Shown in pieces: positions 31,145 to 41,473 of a DNA stretch of 64,000 bases (position 1 is its first letter; each line of letters starts with the position of its first letter). A program made the position numbers and the translations under genes. The notes beneath the pieces were generated by a model. That model was not told the origin of the DNA and did not search any database. It saw only the letters and a list, made by a program, of their open reading frames with translations. The DNA lies in IMG/VR virus record IMGVR_UViG_3300044712_001462, positions 124,001 through 188,000 of that record; one strand, 5' to 3'.

Positions 31145-33455
31145 CCAGCCTTACTTCGGCCTCAACGTCTGGTTGAAACGTCTGTACCATCCAACCATGC
31201 GATCCGGCTACCCAGGAATCAAAGGCTTTCCGGCGCAGCGACTCTTCGATCTGGTCAGCCGACCAATCCGCCGGTACCCACCCTTGAACGCACTTAGACA
31301 AGTCCACGGTCACTGTCACTGTTGCAGAGACGTGTTTGTAACCGGCCACAAAAGACGGATCTATGGAGTCAAGTGGTGTGAACTCAGCCAGGGAAATAGG
31401 CTCCCATACCTCATACACCTCAGCCCGACCCCAATCATCATCGTCGTCCCAGGCAATTAAGTCGTCAATGCGTAAGCATCTCCACGCCAACTCTTCAGCG
31501 TCGTCTTCGGATTTAGCATCCACGGAAATTACTGCGCCTACATTGGCCAGACGCGTAACTCCTACTTTATACACTGGCATTCTTACACCCCATACATTGT
31601 TTGCAGCTTGGACACACAATATGAGCCATACCTGGACCCAGAACCCCTACTGTGTACTCCTCGTGTGGCTGTGTCCTGTCGAACGGCGCTCCACAATGAG
31701 GACAGTCCCAGTAATCCGGCTCAGGTGGCGGAGGCGTTGTCGTGGGCTTCTCAACCGGTAAAAGAAGCCCATTACGTTTCTTGTACTGCATTTACCTTCT
31801 TCCTTTGTCTGGAAAACAGGTACGGAATTGAAGACTCAGACCACGGGCTGATTTCCAAATATTCGTCATCTCGATCTTCTTCGAAATCAATACCCAGAGC
31901 TCTAATAACATCATCGTCGTCAGGGACATCTTGACCGTCCGACACATAATAAAACAGTTGAAAGTCTGTGCCATGCCTGTGCGTATGCTCTACCACGTAC
32001 AGTTGCTTACCCCCAACACACAGCTTACTCATGCCGCCTCCTCCACAGCCTCATCATCAATCGTATCAATGTCAGCGGTGGTTACAGCATCCGGATTGAA
32101 GTAGGCCCGAATGTAATCAACCCCCTCGCCTCGCTTAGTTTTTGAAAGGCTGTCGTCACAAATATCCGCGTCATCCAGCATCGCTTCCCGCAGCAGTTCC
32201 AGCGCCCGCTCTGGTGACTTTGCATACACGCCGCCACAAAAGCCGACAGGCCCCTCAAACGAATTACCACAGTCAAAATGATAGTACTTAATCGGCTTAG
32301 CTGTCATAGTCGTTGTTCCACCAGTTCCTTTACACGCTTCGCAAGCCAACCAACTTGAAGCATCATCCGGGCGAACCCCCCAGCGGCTCGCCCCCGTACC
32401 GCCACAGCGGCTACACACCTCTTGCTGCAGCATAATCCTCTTTCGCAAACTGTAGGCAGCGCTCACGCAGCGATCCCAACTCGCTGATGTGACAGAACTG
32501 ATCGTAGATGTCGGTAGGCGAATCACCCCACGACATCCCTCCGGTAATCAGACAACTGTAAGTCATCTCTGCCAGTCTCAGCGTATCTACGTCGCGACGA
32601 CCGCTACTCATAGCAACATCTCTTAGCGCCTCAACCAAATAATCTCGCACAAGCTGGGCCTGATGCGATTTCCAAGATTCTTCAGTGTGGTCATCTGGAT
32701 GAGTTTCATCCAGCTCCACAACGTGAACGCTTAAAGCCCAGTCGTCAGCAAAACCGAGTAGCTCCTCTGTCGGCTCCCGCTGTAGATCCTGCTTAAACAA
32801 CTCTTCACGCTTCTCGCTCCACTTAAAATGAGGAACGATGGCATACATGAAATCAGCGCCCATAAACCCTCTCGATCAATAGAAACTATGGGGACTACGA
32901 CCAGTGTACGGAGCATATCGCTCGTAAAAATCGATAATCGACTCACACGGACTATGTAGCTCGATGACGGGAGGCTGATTCGCTCTCCACAGAACAGCAA
33001 CAACTGTCAACGTGAGTTGGAATCCATGATTCCACACCTGAGCCGACTGCACCTTGTCTCCGACTCGCGGAACCTCAGGTAGCTCGGTCGGCCATTCTTC
33101 ATAATCCAGATCCAAGTTAGTACGACAATGTACAGCTACCATAGTGAACTCTCCTAATAGTTGAGGTTACGAATCCACACTATCGCGTAATCAACACCCA
33201 GCTCTGTCATTTTCTGACAAATTGCCTCCCAGATATCGTCCGGGAGAACGCTAGGATCTTCTATCTCAGGAGCATTTGACCCGTCGCCGCGGTCATAGGT
33301 AACAAACACATCTGAAAACTCATGTGGAATTTCGCCTTGTGTGTGCCAGGTAGCTACACACGACGAATTAAGGAAAAGGCGAAAATCATCACGCTCATAC
33401 CAGTCAGGCGCGTTGATGGTTACAACGCGCATGGGGGCAATCTCAGCACTTAACA

Positions 33456-34493
33456 TCAGGCTGCCTCGTCAGGTCTCACCAACGGATTCTTCTTACTAGC
33501 CTTTGTGATCAGGTTAGTTGTCTCACTCGTAATGCGGTGCTTCGCGTGCAGAGAAGTCCACTTGTCGTAGGCTTCCTTGGCCTCTCCCACCAGCGGGAAG
33601 CAGTCTAGGGAAGTTGTCGAGCGACTCTTCTTACGATCCTTCTGCTTAATGAAAGCAGCCAGATCGCTCTGTACGCGGGCATACAAAGCTCGTCGAGCTT
33701 CCCGTGACCCTTTCAACTTCGTGCCCATAATGTACTCACGCAAATGCAACGGGCCGGTTTCGTAGTCATGCTTTTTCTTATAGTCCGGGCCCTGCCGATA
33801 AATGTCGCAAAAGTGCTCAAGAATCTCCAAGCGGGTATGCGGAATCGCTCGCGCAACCGCTGCCTGCAGACTAACGTTATTAGCCTTCTGTGGGCAACCT
33901 TTAAGCATCGCTACCGACGGGAGCACCAGCGGCAACATGAGCCGCGTCATGTCTACCGTCTCAGCCCCGGTTGTCTTCCGCTCGTTCACTCCGGGAGCAA
34001 ACCAAGCCATCCGACAAATACCGGAATGCTCTCCAGACACACCGCAGGTGTACTGGATCACTTGGCTGGGAGTTCGACTGGATCCCCTGTCGATGCTGGT
34101 GATGGCGTCTTCAAACGTCATCCCGAACGTCATGTTGAAGGTCTGAGGTTCGCCACAATCGATGAGCGCGGCGAGACGATTTTGCCCGGATAGGAGCTCT
34201 TCCAGGACGCTAATAATCAATGGATCCGCAGAGTGCAGGAACTGTTCCAGCTCCATATCCACTCGCAAAGCCGTGGCGTTGGCCTTGTTGAAAGGCCGAT
34301 TCCGCTTGTTCAAGGTGGCTAGGTGAATAGCCTGATCCTTGTTTATCCGTACGCTCACCGTCGGCAGACCGTCTACCGTGTTGGCGTACGACACGCCATC
34401 CTTGATAAATTTCGCGAACACGGGTACTGATGCAAACGAATGCACCTTCCCGTCCATGTACTTCTGACAGAACATTGACCGCGATCTTCCCAT
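33456..34493 (-). CDS. ParB/Srx-like N-terminal domain protein
   Basis: NRPF....ALRVDM....LLSGQNRLAAL...IDRGSSRT matches the ParB-like NR...(D/S)GQ(H/N)RL pattern. Confidence 0.6.
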   Translation of the reverse strand: MGRSRSMFCQKYMDGKVHSFASVPVFAKFIKDGVSYANTVDGLPTVSVRINKDQAIHLATLNKRNRPFNKANATALRVDMELEQFLHSADPLIISVLEELLSGQNRLAALIDCGEPQTFNMTFGMTFEDAITSIDRGSSRTPSQVIQYTCGVSGEHSGICRMAWFAPGVNERKTTGAETVDMTRLMLPLVLPSVAMLKGCPQKANNVSLQAAVARAIPHTRLEILEHFCDIYRQGPDYKKKHDYETGPLHLREYIMGTKLKGSREARRALYARVQSDLAAFIKQKDRKKSRSTTSLDCFPLVGEAKEAYDKWTSLHAKHRITSETTNLITKASKKNPLVRPDEAA

Positions 34494-35576
34494 AGACCGG
34501 CCTTTCTTTACTGTTTGACCTCACCATCCAGCAGCATTACACCATCGTAATGCGCTTTCTGGATCTTCTCGACCAGATACTCCCACACGTCGTCCCACGC
34601 CTCTTCTTCGCAATCACCAATCCCCACAGCTGTCACTGTGAACTCGTATGCCGCCATCACACACTCCTATACTTATCTCGCAACTCGCAGTAGAGCCGCT
34701 CGATCCCTTCGTCCGCCTCAATCCACATCGTTTCATACGGTGCAATGACTTTCTCCGCCGCTTCAATGACTCGCTCCGCAGTCTCTTTCACCGTATCCGC
34801 CCAGGGAACAGACACAGTCTCACTGAAGAAAAGACACCAGTCATCGCCGGTCCACTCACCAGAGCATCCCACATCACAAACCACGCTAAGCGCTAACATG
34901 GAATAACTAGATTTGTCCTCTGCGGTTAAGTCCCATTCACACTCATATGTCGGGTCAACCAGTGTTTTGTGGCCCGATACCCGTACGGTAACAGTCTCGT
35001 CGTTAGCCCCCAGAATCGAATCAATCCCCGTGCAACCTGTCGGCTCCAGGTCCGCATCCTTCCAGCCAAAACTGATTAGATCGAAACACCCAGACAAGCA
35101 CCGCCCGTCGTCGTCATAGCGCTTCAGATTGCGGCCTTCATTCATCTCTCGAAGGGTTATTCGTAACTCATCGATCGCGGCAGCAAGTTCGACCTCCTCC
35201 TGTTCACGGCAATACCAATCCCAGTCTTCGCTAGGACATCTCGCCATTTACTCCTCCTCATCCTCTTCTTCCTGCGCCGGTCTGCGGTTTGCCACGTCTT
35301 CAAACGTGCGCCCATCCGAGTCCTCCCCGCCAAAAAAGCAATAATCAAAGACATGCTCGAGGGCTGCATAAGTCTGGGGGTCCAGCTCCGTCGCATCCTC
35401 GTATTCCTCGAAATACGTGTTTACCAGCAGAACAAAAGCATCGGTAAGCTCCTGTTCTTTGAAGTGGTGCTGTATGGATTGCACCAAACAGTTAAATCTC
35501 GCAACTGGATCTTCTTTCATACCCGTCGCTCCTTTGGCTAGACATTCAGACAGAAATGGCAACAAAGAGAACTCTC

Positions 35577-35590
35577 TAATAGCGATATCA
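35577..35590. promoter_or_regulatory. operator-like motif inside a leader hairpin
   Basis: TAATAGCGATATCA just downstream of promoter 35602; embedded in the inverted repeat at 35571-35596. Confidence 0.55.
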
Positions 35591-35601
35591 GAGAGTCACA
35601 T

Positions 35602-35630
35602 ATTATGACGCAGAAGTGTCGAGAATTAAG
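35602..35630 (-). promoter_or_regulatory. phage promoter class A (CTTAATT-N16-CATAAT)
   Basis: Reverse complement CTTAATT CTCGACACTTCTGCGT CATAAT. Confidence 0.7.
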
Positions 35631-35633
35631 AAA

Positions 35634-35863
35634 CAGGCTGGATAGCACCACTGCCACCGCGTGTAGCAGTTCCGAAGCCGATCGGTTTGGGCCAAGGACG
35701 CCGCCTCGCTACGACTTGAAGCCCCGGGTTACCCCGCATTCCTGGCGCTATCCGAGACGGCCTTGCAGGCGCGAGGAGCCGTCTTACCCACATAGCCGCA
35801 CACATGCCAATGCGGTCTACCGGGTTACAGATGTTGTCCAAATCTAAGCCTGCCGACAACACC
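35634..35863 (-). ncRNA. candidate structured ncRNA (~230 nt), family not recognised
   Basis: At least eight nested helices; three helices contain G.U pairs that would be A.C on the plus strand; GUAA tetraloop. Confidence 0.6.
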
Positions 35864-35866
35864 TTC

Positions 35867-36400
35867 TCACCTGTTATCAACTTTCAAAAGAAATTGCGTA
35901 CCGTGCTGCTGGACGGAGCCAAAACGCCCTAGTTCTTCCGCGGTCCAAGCAGACAGATGACGCTCATAGATATTACCAAATACCTGACTCTGGGCGAAAA
36001 AGTCCACAGGAGTTGCTACAAGGGCTGTCTGGCAGTGTTTCTTTAGAAGTCCGAGAAACTCCAGGGCTGTAGGCTTTTCAAGATGCTCCAGGGCATCGAC
36101 GCACAGGGCCAAATCCCAGTGCTCTCCGCGGCGCATGAATTCAACCATGTCACCGATGATGATGTCGTTGTAGAGAGCTCGGTGCCAGGGTTGGACGTAG
36201 GGTTCGTAAATCTCCACGCCAGCCAGGTAGGTGCGCCGTCCTGGGTATTCTTTTTCTCCCCAACCATCCACATACTCCCGCACCAAGGCTCCCCACTTAC
36301 CGCTCCCAATACCCAGATCCACAATCCGTCTTGGCTTAGGCTTGAGCCACAGCAATTCACAGCAGACGGGACGAAGGTTATCGACAGAAGAGAAGGGCAT
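35867..36400 (-). CDS. SAM-dependent methyltransferase
   Basis: IVDLGIGSGKWG...GVEIY...DALEHL...VATP...ERHLSAW. Confidence 0.8.
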   Translation of the reverse strand: MPFSSVDNLRPVCCELLWLKPKPRRIVDLGIGSGKWGALVREYVDGWGEKEYPGRRTYLAGVEIYEPYVQPWHRALYNDIIIGDMVEFMRRGEHWDLALCVDALEHLEKPTALEFLGLLKKHCQTALVATPVDFFAQSQVFGNIYERHLSAWTAEELGRFGSVQQHGTQFLLKVDNR

Positions 36401-37206
36401 TAATGGAATACCTCAGGCATCGTTCCTCCAAACCGCCACAAACGCAGACCGTCAGGTAACTCTTCCTGAAACCAAGCTTCACGGCTCACGATCGTCTTAG
36501 GTCTTGTAGCTCGCTCACCTCGGTTGCAGTAGTAATCATTCTTGTCTCGAATGTGCTCTGGATCCTTACAGAACCCAAAGTGCAAACACACTGGCCCAGC
36601 TATCTGCCAAGCATCATCAGCAGAAACTAACCGTCTATCGTGCACGCGCAGACCAAAATCCTGTAACGGATGCGTACCTCGCTCAGGGTAATTGTGATTC
36701 TGTCGATACCGGTCTCCCGAACGCACCCGCCAGAACCGGATATGCTCGATGTCGTAATACCCGCCGGTAATGAACTGATCTGTTGTCTTCCAGAAATGGA
36801 GTGACGGAAACCGCCACGCCCACTTCGAGTCGTCCTGCCTTATCTGTTTGATAATGGCAGACAGCTCATCTCGACGATAGAACTCATCAGCATCAACCGC
36901 GATCAGCAACCCAGGCGTGACATTCTCCATATACCGATTACGAAGCTCACACTTAGCCTGGGCCCCTCCAGTTGAAGTCCAACCATGCTGGATGAATCGA
37001 ATCTTCTTATCTGGGTCTGGAAAATCTCGGACCAGGCTAGCTGTCTCATCAGTTGACAGACCATCCGATGTCACTCGTGTAGCCGGATACAGTCTGTCTG
37101 CTCCCTCCACGACTGTAATGCTATCAGCCAGCGGATAGTGCTGCTCCAGGTTACGCGCAATGTACTGAGCCTCGTTTAACACGATCATACCGATCGATAC
37201 GTGCAC
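36400..37206 (-). CDS. glycosyltransferase family 2 (GT-A)
   Basis: IGMIVLNEA...STDET...VDADEF (DxD motif)...LHFG. Confidence 0.85.
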   Translation of the reverse strand: MHVSIGMIVLNEAQYIARNLEQHYPLADSITVVEGADRLYPATRVTSDGLSTDETASLVRDFPDPDKKIRFIQHGWTSTGGAQAKCELRNRYMENVTPGLLIAVDADEFYRRDELSAIIKQIRQDDSKWAWRFPSLHFWKTTDQFITGGYYDIEHIRFWRVRSGDRYRQNHNYPERGTHPLQDFGLRVHDRRLVSADDAWQIAGPVCLHFGFCKDPEHIRDKNDYYCNRGERATRPKTIVSREAWFQEELPDGLRLWRFGGTMPEVFH

Positions 37207-37215
37207 GGCAGTCTC

Positions 37216-38220
37216 CTAACAGATAGCATTCAACCAAGCTTCCACATGATCTTCTGGCCTGTGTTTATCCGCAGCCCCAGGCCTTACAGCAGGTAAGGGT
37301 CCGCGCATAGCTGCACTAAGCTCAGCCACACTACCCAAGGACGTTACTATCAGTCCGGGTGTGTCTGGTGCTTCCAGAGCCGCGCTACCTACATCCGAGA
37401 CAATTACCGGACGTCTACGAGCCAAGGCTTCGGCAATGGTTAAGTCATACCCCTGTCCATAAGCTGTCGGTACCACTAAGGCGTCCACTCCGTCATACAC
37501 AGCAGGCATATCCCGACGTTTGACATTCGAGATTGTGGATAACCTCACGCCAGCCAACTGTGCTGCTTCGGCTGCTGTCTCAAATAACCGAGTTCCCTGT
37601 CCCGAAATAGAAGCGCACAGAAAAGTATCCTGACGCTTAACAGGAGCCGTCGGAGAACGGAAAAAGTACCCAGGAATCGGGTTGTAAACCAACTTAGCCT
37701 GGGGAAGACACATGTAGTGCCTGAGCATCTGATACTCGTGACGACTGATCCCTAGCACCGTATCAAAAGTAGCTAGAGCCTTACGTTCCCGAAGCATACC
37801 AGGCGCATCAAACCGGGGCTCCTCGCTCGTCTTACCTAGCCAGTACAGATTCCACTGGGTCAGAAACGATCCCCAGCCAAAACCGTGTAACGTACAGGCG
37901 GTTGTCGTATTCGGTAAGTCAGCCCACCAGGTCCTGTGTACATCTAGGGAGTCGCAATGCACGACGTCAGGCCTGATTCGCTCACAGAATGCGCGGCATC
38001 CTTCTGCAAACTCTGTCGAATAGACATGCGGCTCACAGTCAAGATGGTGAACAACCAGGTTAGTTACCTGTGTTACTGCCTGTAATGTTGGATGTCCGGT
38101 AGTTAAAACAAATACCGTATGTCCGGCGGCAGCCAGCGCTTCCGCTCTGTCCTGAACCACAAACGGCATCCCACCACTACGATGTGTAGGATATACCCGA
38201 CAGACAAGTATGATCTTCAT
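37216..38220 (-). CDS. glycosyltransferase family 4 (GT-B)
   Basis: MKIILV..YP...GG...LAAAGHTV.VLT; C-terminal VVPT..QGYDLTIAEALA..RPVIVSDVG. Confidence 0.85.
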   Translation of the reverse strand: MKIILVCRVYPTHRSGGMPFVVQDRAEALAAAGHTVFVLTTGHPTLQAVTQVTNLVVHHLDCEPHVYSTEFAEGCRAFCERIRPDVVHCDSLDVHRTWWADLPNTTTACTLHGFGWGSFLTQWNLYWLGKTSEEPRFDAPGMLRERKALATFDTVLGISRHEYQMLRHYMCLPQAKLVYNPIPGYFFRSPTAPVKRQDTFLCASISGQGTRLFETAAEAAQLAGVRLSTISNVKRRDMPAVYDGVDALVVPTAYGQGYDLTIAEALARRRPVIVSDVGSAALEAPDTPGLIVTSLGSVAELSAAMRGPLPAVRPGAADKHRPEDHVEAWLNAIC

Positions 38221-38720
38221 TTACGCGTGCCCCTTAGACAAGCCACAAAATTCAGAGTCAATCTACCACTATCCAGCGAACCAGCGTCATAAGCATGGAA
38301 GTCTAGTAGCGCCGGGCCCAGCATAGACAGATCAAATACGCCTGCTCTGGTGTCTGGTCCAAATGTATACCGCATCTTGTCGCCATCCGGACCTAAACCG
38401 TTCTCTCCGCGATGTCTGAACAACAGGTCCTGAATCCAAAAGCGTTTGCAACACCCCAGCACATTGGAGAACCACCTGCCAGGATCCGGCGAATAATGAA
38501 ACACATTACAAGCCACAACCAGATCCGTTAACTCTCTGCCTTGGTTATTGAGATCCCAGTCACTTACTCGCCAACGTAGAAACTCAGCCCTTGGATATAG
38601 ATTACTAACAATGCGACACTGGCGATCGTTCAACGATAACCCAATAATCTTGCTGACAGGCTCTTTGGACCACTTGAGAAAATATCTCTCGCAAGCCTCA
38701 TAGTCCTGGTCTACAGCCAT
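38217..38720 (-). CDS. degenerate methyltransferase-fold protein
   Basis: DLVVACNVFHYSPDP motif; the glycine-rich motif I is weak. Confidence 0.5.
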   Translation of the reverse strand: MAVDQDYEACERYFLKWSKEPVSKIIGLSLNDRQCRIVSNLYPRAEFLRWRVSDWDLNNQGRELTDLVVACNVFHYSPDPGRWFSNVLGCCKRFWIQDLLFRHRGENGLGPDGDKMRYTFGPDTRAGVFDLSMLGPALLDFHAYDAGSLDSGRLTLNFVACLRGTRK

Positions 38721-39325
38721 TCCAGCACCTTCTCTACGGGTACTAACAGTGTTCGAATCCGTTCCACGAGATCTCGAACAGGTTTTGGATCAGTCTCCCA
38801 GGGCACATGCAGAGTAAGGACTAGCGGGTACCCAAAGGTCGCCGGGATCCTCTCTACTAACTCGGAAGCTCGTCCATATAGCTCTTTACAGGCAGGCATG
38901 TAGACCGCTGCGCCAACCCGAGAAGGTAGGCAACTAGACGAGATATTTCCCTCATAACCTCCCAAGAAGATTGAGCCACCAGCTTCTGACCAGTTAAGGA
39001 CTGTCTGTCGCGTATAGGCGTTGAATGGTGGAATGTACACCCCTGTCTGAAGCTTTAACCTAGACTCGCGCATTCTGTCCGCCGAGACATCTGCTCCCCG
39101 AGTATGGTCGTAGCCATGAACCGACCACCGCTCTGGTTCCTGCAGATCGACACGCGCCGCAGCTCCCGGCTCCAACCAAGCCGGTACTGCGCCGTAAATG
39201 GCTGGTGTGCCTATCAGACCACAAGCACCCCTCCACCAGTCAAAATAACGCAGAGCGCCATCCGATCCCTGTTCCGGCTTGTCTCCCTCTCGTCTCCCTA
39301 CGTCATCAATCCGTAAGACAATCAT
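38711..39325 (-). CDS. NodB/polysaccharide deacetylase-like protein
   Basis: LRIDDVG, SVHGYDH, YIPPFNAY, LTLH. Confidence 0.7.
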   Translation of the reverse strand: MIVLRIDDVGRREGDKPEQGSDGALRYFDWWRGACGLIGTPAIYGAVPAWLEPGAAARVDLQEPERWSVHGYDHTRGADVSADRMRESRLKLQTGVYIPPFNAYTRQTVLNWSEAGGSIFLGGYEGNISSSCLPSRVGAAVYMPACKELYGRASELVERIPATFGYPLVLTLHVPWETDPKPVRDLVERIRTLLVPVEKVLEWL

Positions 39326-40272
39326 GCTGCCTCCACAAGCGCCCTAAACGATTCCTTCTTCTGCTCCCACGAACGCTGCTCAGCCCACTGTCGCGCAGCC
39401 AGACTAGCTTCTGAAATATCCTTCCCCAGCCACTTCTGACACAACAGCAACAGGTGGTGCGCATCCGGTAGGTACCAATCTACCGATCGGCCTATCTTTT
39501 TGGTCACCGCACGCGAGTTGATCCTGTCTAGAGCTGGGTATTCGTTCCACGGATTACCGTTCGTGGAGATGACAGGCATTCCACTGGCTGCCGCCTCGAG
39601 GATCTCTAAGCCAATACCGTCCACTGAGTGGGGCACAAGAAGAACATCCCCCTCTGTGTACAGCTCTGCGTTGGACTCAGGACTCGAAGTAGACGCCCAG
39701 TCCAGTTTCTTCTGGCTATAAACTGCAATAGGTATATCCGGCCAGTTATGCCTCAGCCGCTGCACGAGCCCGCCGCCTTTTCTCCCCAAGTACCCACCGT
39801 GCCCGTTGATAAACACAAAACGGCGACAAACAGTTCTCTGTCTGAATACAAACCTAGTCAGATCTACCGGCCAGGGAAAAAAGACACAGGGCAGCCGATC
39901 CTTAAACTGGTTGAAACAGTGTTCAGTCGGACACAGATAACGAGATACACCCCACTGTCGGGCGCTGTCTGGCAACCACTCCTGCATAGGAATGCAGATA
40001 GCAGGGCGACTGTACTCACGGCAGAGCGCAGGCAGAGTAGCAAAATAAGGGTGTTCGCAGAAAACAACCCTATCTACCTTGTCTCGCACGAAAGAGAGTC
40101 CAGCCTGCTCGTCACCGTATGTTGAGTACTCCGCGCGATCAGGAGTTGTGGTGGGAAAATCTCGATGTTTCACCACCAGCCAATGGGCTAAATCAACGTG
40201 GGAATCAATCTGGCGATTGAGTTCACCCAATCCCGAAGCGCAGCAATACCCCGCTAATCCAATACGCGACAT
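39322..40272 (-). CDS. glycosyltransferase (GT-B, GT4-like)
   Basis: PWPVDLTRF, GRKGG, DVLLVPHSVDGIGLEILEAAASGMPVISTN. Confidence 0.85.
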   Translation of the reverse strand: MSRIGLAGYCCASGLGELNRQIDSHVDLAHWLVVKHRDFPTTTPDRAEYSTYGDEQAGLSFVRDKVDRVVFCEHPYFATLPALCREYSRPAICIPMQEWLPDSARQWGVSRYLCPTEHCFNQFKDRLPCVFFPWPVDLTRFVFRQRTVCRRFVFINGHGGYLGRKGGGLVQRLRHNWPDIPIAVYSQKKLDWASTSSPESNAELYTEGDVLLVPHSVDGIGLEILEAAASGMPVISTNGNPWNEYPALDRINSRAVTKKIGRSVDWYLPDAHHLLLLCQKWLGKDISEASLAARQWAEQRSWEQKKESFRALVEAA

Positions 40273-40917
40273 ATCCTCTTAATCCAAAACAGGTGGATCG
40301 ATAATGATTCCCCGAACCACGCAATTAGGGCGCAGCAGGGGTGGTAACCCTCTCAAGGCAGCTTTGGCTGCGGGGTAGTTATTGAAGACAGGCAAGGCAT
40401 CCTCTAACCCGTGATGATTCTTCCGCATAAAGTCCCACACAGTAATCCAACGATCCTCAGGCGCGAGCCAAATAGAGAACATCCCGGAATACCCGTGATC
40501 ATCCACAATCTGCCTCCATGCTCAGCGAAGATGATTCTCCCCTGTCTGGGACCTATCTTACTACCCTTCAGCAACTTAGAGCCAGATTAACCACTCAGGC
40601 CCATTCCCAGCGGTATAAACACCACACCTATCTTCGCACACTGAATCGCCATCAACGTGCACACGTAGCTCATCGGATCCTCAAAGTAGAAGAAGCTACA
40701 CCCCTTCTGTCTCACCGCGTTCACGGGGTTCGTTGTTAACGCCAGCCACACGAACTGACCTTGTGTCAGCCCAATCATAGCTACGCTCGCCTGGGGAGCA
40801 CTCATCGTCACTACCTCCTCTCGGGTTATGTAACTGATATTGCGCTAGGGTCGCACAACCCTTCACACTGGGAAACACAGGCTGATAAATACAAGACACC
40901 CAAGCGCTGGTCACAAC

Positions 40918-41229
40918 ATGGATGGAATTCCTGTCACCGTCAACCAGAAACGCTGGCGACTTGTATTCCGGCAGTTGGATAAAAACGAACATGGGCGTTG
41001 TGATGCGCCTCATGTGAAAAACAAACAAATCTCTATTTCTCCCACGGTTCTCAACGACGAGGAACTGTATCTAGCCACTGTCCTCCACGAGATCCTCCAT
41101 GCAGCCTGTTGGAGCCTCGACGAGGAATATGTAACGGAATACGCCAAAGCAGCAGCGAAAACAGCCATTCGTCTTGGGTTTCGACTCACTGAGGAGCCCC
41201 ATGGCAAAAAGCCAAAAAACACTCGTTGA
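40918..41229 (+). CDS. small zinc-dependent peptidase-like protein (HExxH)
   Basis: GRCD....I.I....TVLHEILHA....EEYV. Confidence 0.65.
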   Translation: MDGIPVTVNQKRWRLVFRQLDKNEHGRCDAPHVKNKQISISPTVLNDEELYLATVLHEILHAACWSLDEEYVTEYAKAAAKTAIRLGFRLTEEPHGKKPKNTR

Positions 41230-41473
41230 TCTGGCTCGTTCTAAAACTCCTAAACAATCTCCCACGCAAATCAGCTTCATCGACAAACTGCCAGACGAGA
41301 TTCGTCAACAGCTGCTTGATCTGCGTGAGCAATTCCTCGCCGGGAATCTAGGCAACTGGACTCCACGAGGACTCTTGGAAGAAATCGTGGAACCAGCCGG
41401 TGTGGAGATCGGCGTTTCCTTAGCAACGTTTCGACGCTGGCTTTATGAGGGACAACGGAAGAACAAGAAATGA
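41201..41473 (+). CDS. small HTH-like DNA-binding protein
   Basis: SD GAGGAG before ATG 41201; C-terminal VSLATFRRWL helix. Confidence 0.55.
   Translation: MAKSQKTLVDLARSKTPKQSPTQISFIDKLPDEIRQQLLDLREQFLAGNLGNWTPRGLLEEIVEPAGVEIGVSLATFRRWLYEGQRKNKK

Larger units (their letters stand above)
26656..35565 (-). other. array of small, often very acidic, hypothetical phage genes
   Basis: Coupled ORFs downstream of promoter 35602; several are D/E-rich (27144-27731, 32411-32863, 34657-35247). Confidence 0.7.

Noticed and set aside
35626-35880. 84-aa ORF
   Set aside because: TTG start, atypical Arg/Pro/Gly-rich composition, and the region is better explained by dense RNA base pairing.
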